From the NCBI GenBank assembly GCA_023134715.1, contig JAGLUP010000003.1, positions 2,019 through 66,018 of the forward strand: DNA of 64,000 bases, in the 5' to 3' direction. Below are positions 16,811-24,563 of this stretch, in pieces. Both the position numbers and the translations under genes were made by a program. Position 1 is the first letter of the stretch. Every line of letters begins with the position of its first letter. The notes under the pieces are model-generated. The model was given only the letters and a program-made list of their open reading frames with translations, ran no database searches and was not told the origin of the DNA. Source of the stretch: Candidatus Parcubacteria bacterium (GTDB taxonomy: Bacteria; Patescibacteriota; Minisyncoccia; Minisyncoccales; JAGLUP01).

Positions 16811-18280
16811 ATGAAATGTTTTAAAAGAATAAATTATCTAATTATTTTTTTAATAGTTTTTGCGTTTTTTGCTGTGGGGATGGCAAATGCTGATGTTTCT
16901 GATAATGTTTCGGGTTGGGCTTGGTCAGAAAATATTGGCTGGATTAGCTTTAATTGCGTTAATGAGAACTGGTGCGCCACCTCAAGTTATGGTGTAGATA
17001 TTGATGAAACCACGGGCGTGTTTTTTGGTTATGCATGGGCTGGAGGTGGAGAAGATGCTGACGGCACGCCAAAACCAACTATTGGCTGGATAGCTTTTGC
17101 TGATTATGATGGAAGTGGCACAGAAGGTGATGCCGGAGATAATAATGCTGGTTTTCCTTGTTTTCCAAATTGCGAAGCTAAAATTGATACTATCACTAAT
17201 GAAGTTTCTGGATGGGCAAGAGCTTTGGCTCATGGCGACGGCTGGGACGGCTGGATAAAATTAAGAAAAGATCCTACTGATGCAGGCGCAGATTATGGAG
17301 TATCTTTAAATATAAGCTCAGGCGAATTAGAAGGGTTTGCCTGGGGAGGCGGAACGGTAGTAGATTCAATTAGTTTTAATCATCTTAATTGTGATCCAGA
17401 CAATGACGGATTTTCTAATGGAGTTGGAGCTTGTCCTATCGCTGGCACTCCTGTTTCAAATTATAAAGTAACAACTACTGCTTTTTTTGCGCTTCCTAAT
17501 TCACCGCCAACAATTACTGACATGAACGATCCTAATGGTTCTCAGATTTATTGTGATATTGGGTCCGGATTGAGTCATGTAAGCTTTGACTGGAAATATA
17601 ACGATGCTGACGGAGATGATGAGCTGAAATATGACCTTATAATTAATGATATAAATAATGTAAATGATACAAGTCCAGAAATTAATATCACTATAAACAG
17701 TCCCGCTTGTATTGACTTAGATCCTGGTTTAGCCATCTCTTGTATAAACACTTCAGGAGCTGTTATTGGGACTCAATTGGACTACAATAAAACTTATTAC
17801 TGGTGGGCAAAGGTTTATGATGACCAGGGCAATGATTCTGGCTGGGCGGCAGGATTATCTTTTGATACACCTGATCATCCTTGGCCTTGGCCTGATTTTA
17901 CTCACAGTCCTCAAAATCCAGGCGTTGGAGAAATAGTAATTTTTACCGATGAATCTCAATGTTGGACTACCGGCATCCCTGCCTCTGTTCCCTGTAAAAA
18001 TTTAGGCAGCACTTCTTATGGGTGGGATTTTGATTATAATTATAATCCAGGCATAGATTCTACAATAAAAGGAGATGCTACCACATCTTACCCAATTACT
18101 CAATCATATGATGTAAGATTGCATGTATCTGATGAATTAGGAGCTTGTATTGGCACAGGCGATAGTCCAGTTGGAGCGGAAATTCTTTTGCCTGAATGGA
18201 AGGAAACATCGCCTATTATTTTGATTAAAATTTTTTTAGCTGGAATTTTTAATTATTTCAATGAATTAATTTCTTTGTAG
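16811..18280 (+). CDS. secreted/anchored protein with GWAWSENIGWISFN-type repeats and a C-terminal PKD-like domain
   Basis: 489 aa. Signal/TM N-terminus, four copies of an aromatic GW-rich repeat, PKD-like segment (YGWDFD...YDVRLHVSD) and a hydrophobic C-terminus. Confidence 0.6.
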   Translation: MKCFKRINYLIIFLIVFAFFAVGMANADVSDNVSGWAWSENIGWISFNCVNENWCATSSYGVDIDETTGVFFGYAWAGGGEDADGTPKPTIGWIAFADYDGSGTEGDAGDNNAGFPCFPNCEAKIDTITNEVSGWARALAHGDGWDGWIKLRKDPTDAGADYGVSLNISSGELEGFAWGGGTVVDSISFNHLNCDPDNDGFSNGVGACPIAGTPVSNYKVTTTAFFALPNSPPTITDMNDPNGSQIYCDIGSGLSHVSFDWKYNDADGDDELKYDLIINDINNVNDTSPEINITINSPACIDLDPGLAISCINTSGAVIGTQLDYNKTYYWWAKVYDDQGNDSGWAAGLSFDTPDHPWPWPDFTHSPQNPGVGEIVIFTDESQCWTTGIPASVPCKNLGSTSYGWDFDYNYNPGIDSTIKGDATTSYPITQSYDVRLHVSDELGACIGTGDSPVGAEILLPEWKETSPIILIKIFLAGIFNYFNELISL

Positions 18281-18289
18281 AAAATTTTT

Positions 18290-18335
18290 AAGACCCGACC
18301 TTAAAGAATCCAAAAGGTCGGGTCTTTATTTTTTT
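18290..18335 (+). terminator. intrinsic terminator, member of the GACCCGACC palindrome family
   Basis: AAGACCCGACCTT-(11 nt)-AAGGTCGGGTCTT then a T-run. The rny promoter TTGACA(18334)-N17-TATGAT follows. Confidence 0.75.
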
Positions 18336-18398
18336 GACAAAACAGAAATTTTTTGTTATGATAATTTAATAATTAATATAACAATATGAATCAACAAT

Positions 18399-19928
18399 AT
18401 GAATCAAATTATTATTTTAGGGATAGGCGTGATATGCTTATCTATGGGAGCGGTTTTAGGATATTTGACCCGTCAGTCCATTGCCAGAAGAGACCATAGA
18501 ACAATTGAGGCAAAAATTCACAAAAAGATTTCTCAGGCGAAAGAAGAGGTGGAGACAATACTTTCTTCTGCTCGAAATAAGGCGGCTAAAATCGCCGAGC
18601 AAGCTCAAAAAGAGACAATTCAGGGAAGGAGAGAGCTTTCTAAAACAGAGCAACTTTTATTAAAAAGAGAACATGTCTTAGATAAAAGAATTTCTGGTTT
18701 AGACCAGCAAGAAAAGGATTTTCAGCAAAAAGTAGAGAAGCTTAAAGGAATTAAAGAAAGATTGGAAGAACTGAAGGAAGAAACCTTGAAAAAATTAGAA
18801 AAAGCAGGTAATCTTTCAGAAAAAGAAGCAAAAAAAGAGCTTTTAAAGAATGTAGAACAGAAACACCAACAGGAAATTTTAAGCAAGATAAGAGAATTGG
18901 AAAAACAGGGGATTGAAAAGTTTGAAAAAAAAGCCAAAGAGATTGTCGCTTTAGCAATTCAGAAATATGCGCCTTCGCAAGCGCAGGAAATAACAACAAC
19001 CACTATTAGCCTGCCTAATGAAGAAATTAAGGGAAGAATTATTGGAAAAGAAGGAAGAAACATTAGAGCATTTGAAAAATTGACAGGAGTAGAAGTGGTA
19101 ATTGACGAAACTCCGCAATTGGTCGTTCTTTCCGCCTTTAATCCAATTCGGCGACATATCGCTAAAATTGCTTTAGAAAAATTAATTCAGGATGGCCGAA
19201 TTCAGCCGACAAGAATTGAGGAAGAGATAGCCGCTGCTCAGGAGCAAATTACCAAAGAAGTAAAAGAAGCTGGAGAAGCCGCGGTTTATGACGTCGGAGT
19301 AATCGGGCTTGACCCAAAGCTTATTCAGCTTTTAGGTCGACTGAAGTTCAGGACCAGTTTCGGGCAGAGCGTTTTGCTTCACTCAATTGAAGTTGCTCAT
19401 TTAGCCGGAGCCTTGGCTCAAGAGCTTGGAGCTGATGTTAGAATAGCAAGAACAGCTGGCCTTTTGCATGATATAGGAAAATCAATTGACCGCCAGATAG
19501 AGGGCTCCCATGTTGACATTGGAATAAAAATTTTAGAAAAATTTAAAGTAGAAAAGGAGGTTATTGACGCGATGAAATCTCATCATGAAGAGTATCCTTA
19601 TGAAAGCTTAGAAGCGGTTTTGATTCAGACAGCAGACGCTATTTCCGGAGCCAGACCGGGCGCGAGAAAAGATACTTTAGAAAATTATCTTAAACGGTTA
19701 GGAGAGTTAGAAGATATCGCTACTTCTTTTTCTGGCGTGAATAAAGCGTACGCGATTCAAGCTGGAAGAGAAATTAGGGTTTTTGTCAATCCTCAAGAGG
19801 TTGACGACATTGGAGCTTATAATTTAGCTCGGGGTATTGCGAAACGAATTGAAGAAGAATTAAAATATCCAGGAGAAATAAAAGTTAATGTGATTAGAGA
19901 AAGCAGAGTAGTAGAATACGCTAAGTAA
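18399..19928 (+). CDS. rny: ribonuclease Y
   Basis: 509 aa. N-terminal TM, coiled coil, KH (GRIIGKEGRNIRAFE) and HD (GLLHDIGK) domains. Confidence 0.95.
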   Translation: MNQIIILGIGVICLSMGAVLGYLTRQSIARRDHRTIEAKIHKKISQAKEEVETILSSARNKAAKIAEQAQKETIQGRRELSKTEQLLLKREHVLDKRISGLDQQEKDFQQKVEKLKGIKERLEELKEETLKKLEKAGNLSEKEAKKELLKNVEQKHQQEILSKIRELEKQGIEKFEKKAKEIVALAIQKYAPSQAQEITTTTISLPNEEIKGRIIGKEGRNIRAFEKLTGVEVVIDETPQLVVLSAFNPIRRHIAKIALEKLIQDGRIQPTRIEEEIAAAQEQITKEVKEAGEAAVYDVGVIGLDPKLIQLLGRLKFRTSFGQSVLLHSIEVAHLAGALAQELGADVRIARTAGLLHDIGKSIDRQIEGSHVDIGIKILEKFKVEKEVIDAMKSHHEEYPYESLEAVLIQTADAISGARPGARKDTLENYLKRLGELEDIATSFSGVNKAYAIQAGREIRVFVNPQEVDDIGAYNLARGIAKRIEEELKYPGEIKVNVIRESRVVEYAK

Positions 19929-19934
19929 AAATCA

Positions 19935-19978
19935 AAGACCCGACCTTAAAGAATTCAAAAGGTCGGGTCTTTTTGTTT
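19935..19978 (+). terminator. intrinsic terminator, near-identical copy of the 18290 hairpin
   Basis: AAGACCCGACCTTAAAGAATTCAAAAGGTCGGGTCTTTTTG. Differs from the 18290 copy by one loop base. Confidence 0.75.
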
Positions 19979-19985
19979 TCAAATG

Positions 19986-20057
19986 AGCGGGTAACGGGAA
20001 TCGAACCCGTATTGCAACTTTGGAAAAGTCGCGTAATAACCTTTATACCATACCCGC
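19986..20057 (-). tRNA. tRNA-Gly (anticodon TCC)
   Basis: Hand-folded: acceptor GCGGGTA/TACCCGC, anticodon stem CGACT/AGTTG, loop TTTCCAA, T-loop TTCGATT. Confidence 0.8.
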
Positions 20058-20060
20058 GTG

Positions 20061-20131
20061 TGGACCCAGCGAGAGTCGAACTCGCGATTCCTCTATGCCA
20101 TAGAGGTGTTTTACCACTATACTATGGGCCC
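20061..20131 (-). tRNA. tRNA-Ala (anticodon GGC)
   Basis: Hand-folded: acceptor GGGCCCA/TGGGTCC with the G3:U70 Ala identity pair, anticodon stem CCTCT/AGAGG, loop ATGGCAT. Confidence 0.8.
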
Positions 20132-20139
20132 CTTTTTTG

Positions 20140-20211
20140 TACCCCTGACGGGAATCGAACCCATATCTAGAGTTTAGGAAACTCTTACTTTATCCGTTAA
20201 GCTACAGGGGC
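20140..20211 (-). tRNA. tRNA-Arg (anticodon CCT)
   Basis: Hand-folded: acceptor GCCCCTG/CAGGGGT (G1:U72), anticodon stem AGAGT/ACTCT, loop TTCCTAA, T-loop TTCGATT. Confidence 0.75.
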
Positions 20212-20279
20212 AGATTTTAATTTTAAATTAACATATTTTTTTGTTGTTGACAATAAAATCTTATGGTATTATAGATTTA

Positions 20280-21407
20280 ATGACTAAAGAATTATCAGTT
20301 GTAGATATAGTAAAAAAAGTTTGTCCGGCAGTAATAACTATTATTGTCTCCAAGAATCTTCCCAAGATAGAAGGTTTTTATATGTTTCCGTTCGGAGGGC
20401 AAAAGCTTGTTATGCCAAAAATTTCCCGCTCTGCGGGATCCGCCTCGGGCGGAAAAATTGAAAAAGAAATGATAAAAATAGGAGGCGGTTCTGGCTTTAT
20501 TGTTTCTTCGGACGGTTTTGTTATCACCAGCCAGCATGTAGTTGGAGACCCTAAAGCAGAATATACAGTTGTATTAAGTCCAAAAAAGAAATATCCTGCC
20601 AAGGTTTTGGCCAGAGACCCAATAAATGATATTGCGATTTTAAAAATTCAGGGAAAGAATTTTCCTTATTTAGAATTAGGAGATTTAGACAAGATTGAAT
20701 TAGGAGAGTCGGTAATTGCGGTGGGAAACGCTTTGGGAGAATTTGACGATACGGTGAGCACAGGAGTTGTTTCCGGCTTAAGCCGTTATATTACCGCTAC
20801 TGATCCGGTTGCTTTTCAGGCAGAACGTTTAAAGGGCTTAATTCAAACAGACGCGGCGATAAATCCGGGAAATTCAGGCGGTCCGTTAATAAATATGGAG
20901 GGAAGAGTTATAGGAGTTAATACTGCCACAGTAATGGGCGCTCAGAATATTGGATTTGCCATTCCTATAAATTACGTTAAAGAGGATTTAGAAGAAATTA
21001 AAAAATATGGCCGGCTAAGAACGCCGTTTTTGGGATTAAAATATGTTTTAATTTCTAAGGAAATGGCAGAAAAAAATAAATTATCAGTAGATTATGGCGC
21101 TTTAGTAATCCGAGAAAGCTTGGGCGAGTCGCCGATAGTTAAAGGAAGCACTGCTGATAAAGCGGGAATCAAGGAATTTGATATAATTTTAGAATGTGAA
21201 GGGAAAAAAATTACTTTGAAAAATCCTTTAAGAAATATTTTACAGGAATTTGAAATTAACAAGATAATTGCATTAAAAATTTTAAGACCTGCCCGCAATG
21301 CTTCGCCAGCCCGACAGCCTGACGGCAGTCATGGCGGCGGGCATAGCGATGCAGGCGGGGGTATGCAAGAAAAAATAATTAAAGTTAAACTTGAAGAAAA
21401 AAAATAG
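20280..21407 (+). CDS. htrA: HtrA/DegP-family serine protease (trypsin-like domain + PDZ) with GC-rich C-terminal insert
   Basis: GSGFIVSSDGFVITSQHVV, DIAILKI, GNSGGPLIN catalytic-triad contexts plus a PDZ region. I prefer the ATG at 20280 (MTKELSVV) to the track TTG at 20241. Confidence 0.85.
   Translation: MTKELSVVDIVKKVCPAVITIIVSKNLPKIEGFYMFPFGGQKLVMPKISRSAGSASGGKIEKEMIKIGGGSGFIVSSDGFVITSQHVVGDPKAEYTVVLSPKKKYPAKVLARDPINDIAILKIQGKNFPYLELGDLDKIELGESVIAVGNALGEFDDTVSTGVVSGLSRYITATDPVAFQAERLKGLIQTDAAINPGNSGGPLINMEGRVIGVNTATVMGAQNIGFAIPINYVKEDLEEIKKYGRLRTPFLGLKYVLISKEMAEKNKLSVDYGALVIRESLGESPIVKGSTADKAGIKEFDIILECEGKKITLKNPLRNILQEFEINKIIALKILRPARNASPARQPDGSHGGGHSDAGGGMQEKIIKVKLEEKK
21288..21362. 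repeat. GC-rich imperfect palindromic insert inside the htrA 3' region
   Basis: CCTGC-c-CGCAATGC ... GCATAGCG-at-GCAGG with an inner CGCCA/TGGCG pair. Encodes PARNASPARQPDGSHGGGHSDAGGG. Confidence 0.6.
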
Positions 21408-21417
21408 AACATTAAAA

Positions 21418-22152
21418 ATGGAAAATACAATAAAACAATGGATAGAGGCAAAAGGAAAATTACATTTTTCTTTGATAGACCCGGACAAGCAAACACCTGA
21501 CGAGGCGGGAGAAATGGCTGATTTTTGCGTGTCTTGCGGAACTGACGCTATAATGGTGGGCGGCTCTACTATTGATTTTCAAAAATCTCAAGAAACAACA
21601 ATAGCCATAAAAGATGCTGTGAATGTTCCTGTGGTTTTATTTCCCAGTTCCGCGGAAGCAATAAATGAGTTTGCTGATTACATATTCTTTATGAAGCTGA
21701 TGAATTCTAAAAAAAGGCAGTTTATTATGGAGGAACAATTAAGAGGAGCTCCGCTTGTTAAAAAATTTGGACTTATACCAATAAGTATGGGTTATGTCTT
21801 AATAGGCACAAGCGAGAGAAAAACAGCGGTAGAGCAGGTTAGCGGAAATTTAGATATAATAGAGAAAGATGATGTTGAAAAAGCTCTAAAATATGCCTTG
21901 ACTACTCAATATTTTGGCATGAGCTGTGTTTATTTGGAGGCAGGTTCGGGCGCGGAAAAACCGGTTTCTAATAAAATGATTAGAATGGTTAAAAAAGAGA
22001 TAGATATTCCTCTAATTGTAGGAGGAGGGATTAGGAATGCGGCAACAGCAAGAAAAAAGATAAAATCCGGCGCTGATATTATTGTCACAGGAACAGTCAT
22101 TGAGAAAGACAAGGAAAGATTAAAAGAGATTATAAGCGTAATAAAAAAATAA
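21418..22152 (+). CDS. geranylgeranylglyceryl phosphate synthase family (GGGPS/PcrB)
   Basis: LIDPDK, GTDAIMVGGS, YLEAGSGA, GGGIR, GADIIVTG motifs. Start moved to the ATG after the htrA stop (MENTIKQW). Confidence 0.8.
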   Translation: MENTIKQWIEAKGKLHFSLIDPDKQTPDEAGEMADFCVSCGTDAIMVGGSTIDFQKSQETTIAIKDAVNVPVVLFPSSAEAINEFADYIFFMKLMNSKKRQFIMEEQLRGAPLVKKFGLIPISMGYVLIGTSERKTAVEQVSGNLDIIEKDDVEKALKYALTTQYFGMSCVYLEAGSGAEKPVSNKMIRMVKKEIDIPLIVGGGIRNAATARKKIKSGADIIVTGTVIEKDKERLKEIISVIKK

Positions 22153-22186
22153 AAGCCCAAAATTAAATGGGCATTTTTTTATAGAA

Positions 22187-23017
22187 ATGAAAAAACAAAT
22201 ACAAACAATAAAAGTGTTTATTGAATTAATCAGGCCTTTAAATTGTTTAATGGTTTCAGCTGGGGTAATTATTGGCTCTATTGCTGGTATTGGTATGGAT
22301 TTTTCTTTTGCTTTGTTGATTTTTTTAGCTGTTTTATCTGCGGCAATAACTAACGCGGGAGGAAACGCTATGAATGATTATTTTGATAGGGAAACAGATA
22401 TTATGACTCATCCCAAAAGGCCTATTCCCTCTAAAAGATTGACTCCTAAATCTGTTTTAATGTTTGCTATTGCTTGTTTTATTTTAGCAATAATTTTTTC
22501 AGTGCGCATTAATTTAATTTGTTTTATTTTAGTAATAATCAATACGGCCATGCTCATTTTTTATGAAAGATATTTGAAAAATAAGGGATTAATAGGCAAC
22601 ATTGCTGTTGCTTATTTAACCGGCTCTATTTTTCTTTTTGGAGGAGCCGTTGTAGGAAGAATTACAACTTCTGCGATATTGGCTATTTTAGCTTTTTTTG
22701 CCACATTAGGTAGAGAAATAATAAAAGATGTTGAAGATATTAGCGGCGACAGAAAAGAAAGAGAGACCATGCCAATGAAAATAGGCGAAAAGAATTCAAT
22801 AATTATAGCTAATTTCTGTTTAATCACGGCTGTTCTTTTTTCTTTTCTGCCTTTAGTCGCGAATATTTTAGGAAAAGGATATTTAATAGTGGTTGCGGCT
22901 GACTCGGTCTTTATTTATTCAATGTTTATTGCTTTTAAAAACCCGCATTCTGCTCAAAAAGCAATTAAATTAGGAATGATTTTAGCTTTAATTTCTTTTT
23001 TCTTCGGAAGCATTTGA
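22187..23017 (+). CDS. UbiA-family prenyltransferase, DGGGP synthase-like
   Basis: 276 aa polytopic protein. GGNAMNDYFDRETD...HPKRPIPS first Asp-rich motif and a second motif region KDVEDISGD. Confidence 0.7.
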   Translation: MKKQIQTIKVFIELIRPLNCLMVSAGVIIGSIAGIGMDFSFALLIFLAVLSAAITNAGGNAMNDYFDRETDIMTHPKRPIPSKRLTPKSVLMFAIACFILAIIFSVRINLICFILVIINTAMLIFYERYLKNKGLIGNIAVAYLTGSIFLFGGAVVGRITTSAILAILAFFATLGREIIKDVEDISGDRKERETMPMKIGEKNSIIIANFCLITAVLFSFLPLVANILGKGYLIVVAADSVFIYSMFIAFKNPHSAQKAIKLGMILALISFFFGSI

Positions 23018-23073
23018 CTTTTTGTTTTATTTCATTAGAATTATAGCATAAGCAGTAAATTAAAAATTAGGAT

Positions 23074-24411
23074 GTGATTAAAATGAATGAAACTGATAAA
23101 AAAACGGGACAAGGAACGGAAGATATAAAAGATGATTGGAGGGGATTGGTTGCTGAACGTTGTGGAGGAGAGAATTTTGATGCTCCAGGAGAAGGATATT
23201 CTTTTAGCAAAATTTTAGCTGAAGAAAGGGAATTAGAAAAAGGAAATATTAAAGGAGATCCAAGCTCAGCTTTAATAAAGCTTAGCGTAGCTGATCCGGT
23301 TTGGAAAATGCAAAAAGAAGCTATGGAAGCGGCAATGCTTTTTTATAAGGAATCTCTTAACGCTACTCGATATACAGACTTAACTGGTATTTTTGATGGC
23401 AACCCTTTTCTTAACAAAACAAATGAAGAGATTTGTCGGTTAATAGTTGAGCGTAAGTATGCGGGAATTTCTGATAGTTTCAGCGTGGATTGGGTGCAGT
23501 ATTCGCCAGGTAGTATAAAGATGGCCTTGTCAACATATATTTCGACTGCTTTTTTTGACAAAGACACATTGATAATTTTTCCCACGCCAGGATATCCAGT
23601 GATTATATCGCCGATGAATCGGAATGGAGCAATGGTTGAAGAAGTGGCGATGAATCAAACTAAAAAAGGATGGGAAATTCCTTTTAATTATATTGGATCG
23701 CGTGAAAAAGTTTTTCTATATTTTAATGTACCGCATAATCCGACAGGAATGACTTATTCCAGGGAGGAGTTGAAGGAAATAGTGGATTGGGCCATTAAGC
23801 GTAATGTAAGGCTTGTCGTTGACGAAGCGTATGATGACATCAGATATGATGATTCAGTTAGTATTTTAGAGATACCAGGATGGGAACAATGTTGTATTGT
23901 TCTTAAAAGCGTGTCTAAGGGATACAATGCTACTGGGCTTCGGTTTGGTATTATTATAGCTAAACCAACAGCAATTAAAGCGTTGCGCAAGGCAATGGAT
24001 GTGAAGGATTCAGGACTTTTTGGACCGTCAATTGCGGCTGGACTAGAGTGTTCACGCCATCCTGAGTGGACGATAAAAACAAAGCGGGACTATAGAAAGC
24101 TTCATCAGTTATTAGCTAATGGCTTAAAGAAAGCTGGATTTGAGGATGCAGGAATACCTGGAGCTGGATTATGTCAGCTCACAAAAGCGCCTCGGGCTGT
24201 TGACGGGCATTGTTTTGAATCTTTAGTCGAGTGTGTCCAGTATTTCAGGGAAAATTTGCAGATTTCAGTAATGCATTATGAAGTGAACAGTGATTGGTTT
24301 TTCCGATGGGCAGTGACTTTTAGGCCAATGCCGGAATATGGACTTCCAACAGAGGAATCAGTGATAGAGGAGGCTGTTTCTCGGCTTCAGCAAGCAGAAT
24401 TAGTATTTTAA
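23074..24411 (+). CDS. class I/II PLP-dependent aminotransferase
   Basis: 445 aa. NVPHNPTG, VDEAYDD, SVSKGYNATGLRFG (PLP lysine context). GC-richer than its neighbours. Confidence 0.75.
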   Translation: MIKMNETDKKTGQGTEDIKDDWRGLVAERCGGENFDAPGEGYSFSKILAEERELEKGNIKGDPSSALIKLSVADPVWKMQKEAMEAAMLFYKESLNATRYTDLTGIFDGNPFLNKTNEEICRLIVERKYAGISDSFSVDWVQYSPGSIKMALSTYISTAFFDKDTLIIFPTPGYPVIISPMNRNGAMVEEVAMNQTKKGWEIPFNYIGSREKVFLYFNVPHNPTGMTYSREELKEIVDWAIKRNVRLVVDEAYDDIRYDDSVSILEIPGWEQCCIVLKSVSKGYNATGLRFGIIIAKPTAIKALRKAMDVKDSGLFGPSIAAGLECSRHPEWTIKTKRDYRKLHQLLANGLKKAGFEDAGIPGAGLCQLTKAPRAVDGHCFESLVECVQYFRENLQISVMHYEVNSDWFFRWAVTFRPMPEYGLPTEESVIEEAVSRLQQAELVF

Positions 24412-24563
24412 AGCTCATTCATTGAGCTTTCTTTTTTTACAAATTCAAAAATTATCCTATTTCATCAACGGCCGTGGACGATTTAGGATAATTTATAATA
24501 TGGTATGATTGGGTTTTTTATTTTATTTTTTGTTATATTTGCTATAATAAGAAATATAAAAAC

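Noticed and set aside
15155-18280. Prophage remnant (tail-fibre-like protein)
   Set aside because: No capsid, terminase, portal, integrase or other phage genes are adjacent. The N-terminal membrane anchors point to cellular surface proteins.
19973-20170. Track ORF of 65 aa on the plus strand
   Set aside because: It lies entirely antisense to three well-folding tRNA genes (Gly, Ala, Arg). It is a by-product of tRNA sequence, not a gene.
24412-24563. T-box leaders upstream of argS, ileS, leuS and hisS
   Set aside because: All four upstream regions are under 160 nt (argS and hisS have under 45 nt). I could not find a specifier-loop/T-box (AGGGUGGNACCGCG-like) sequence.
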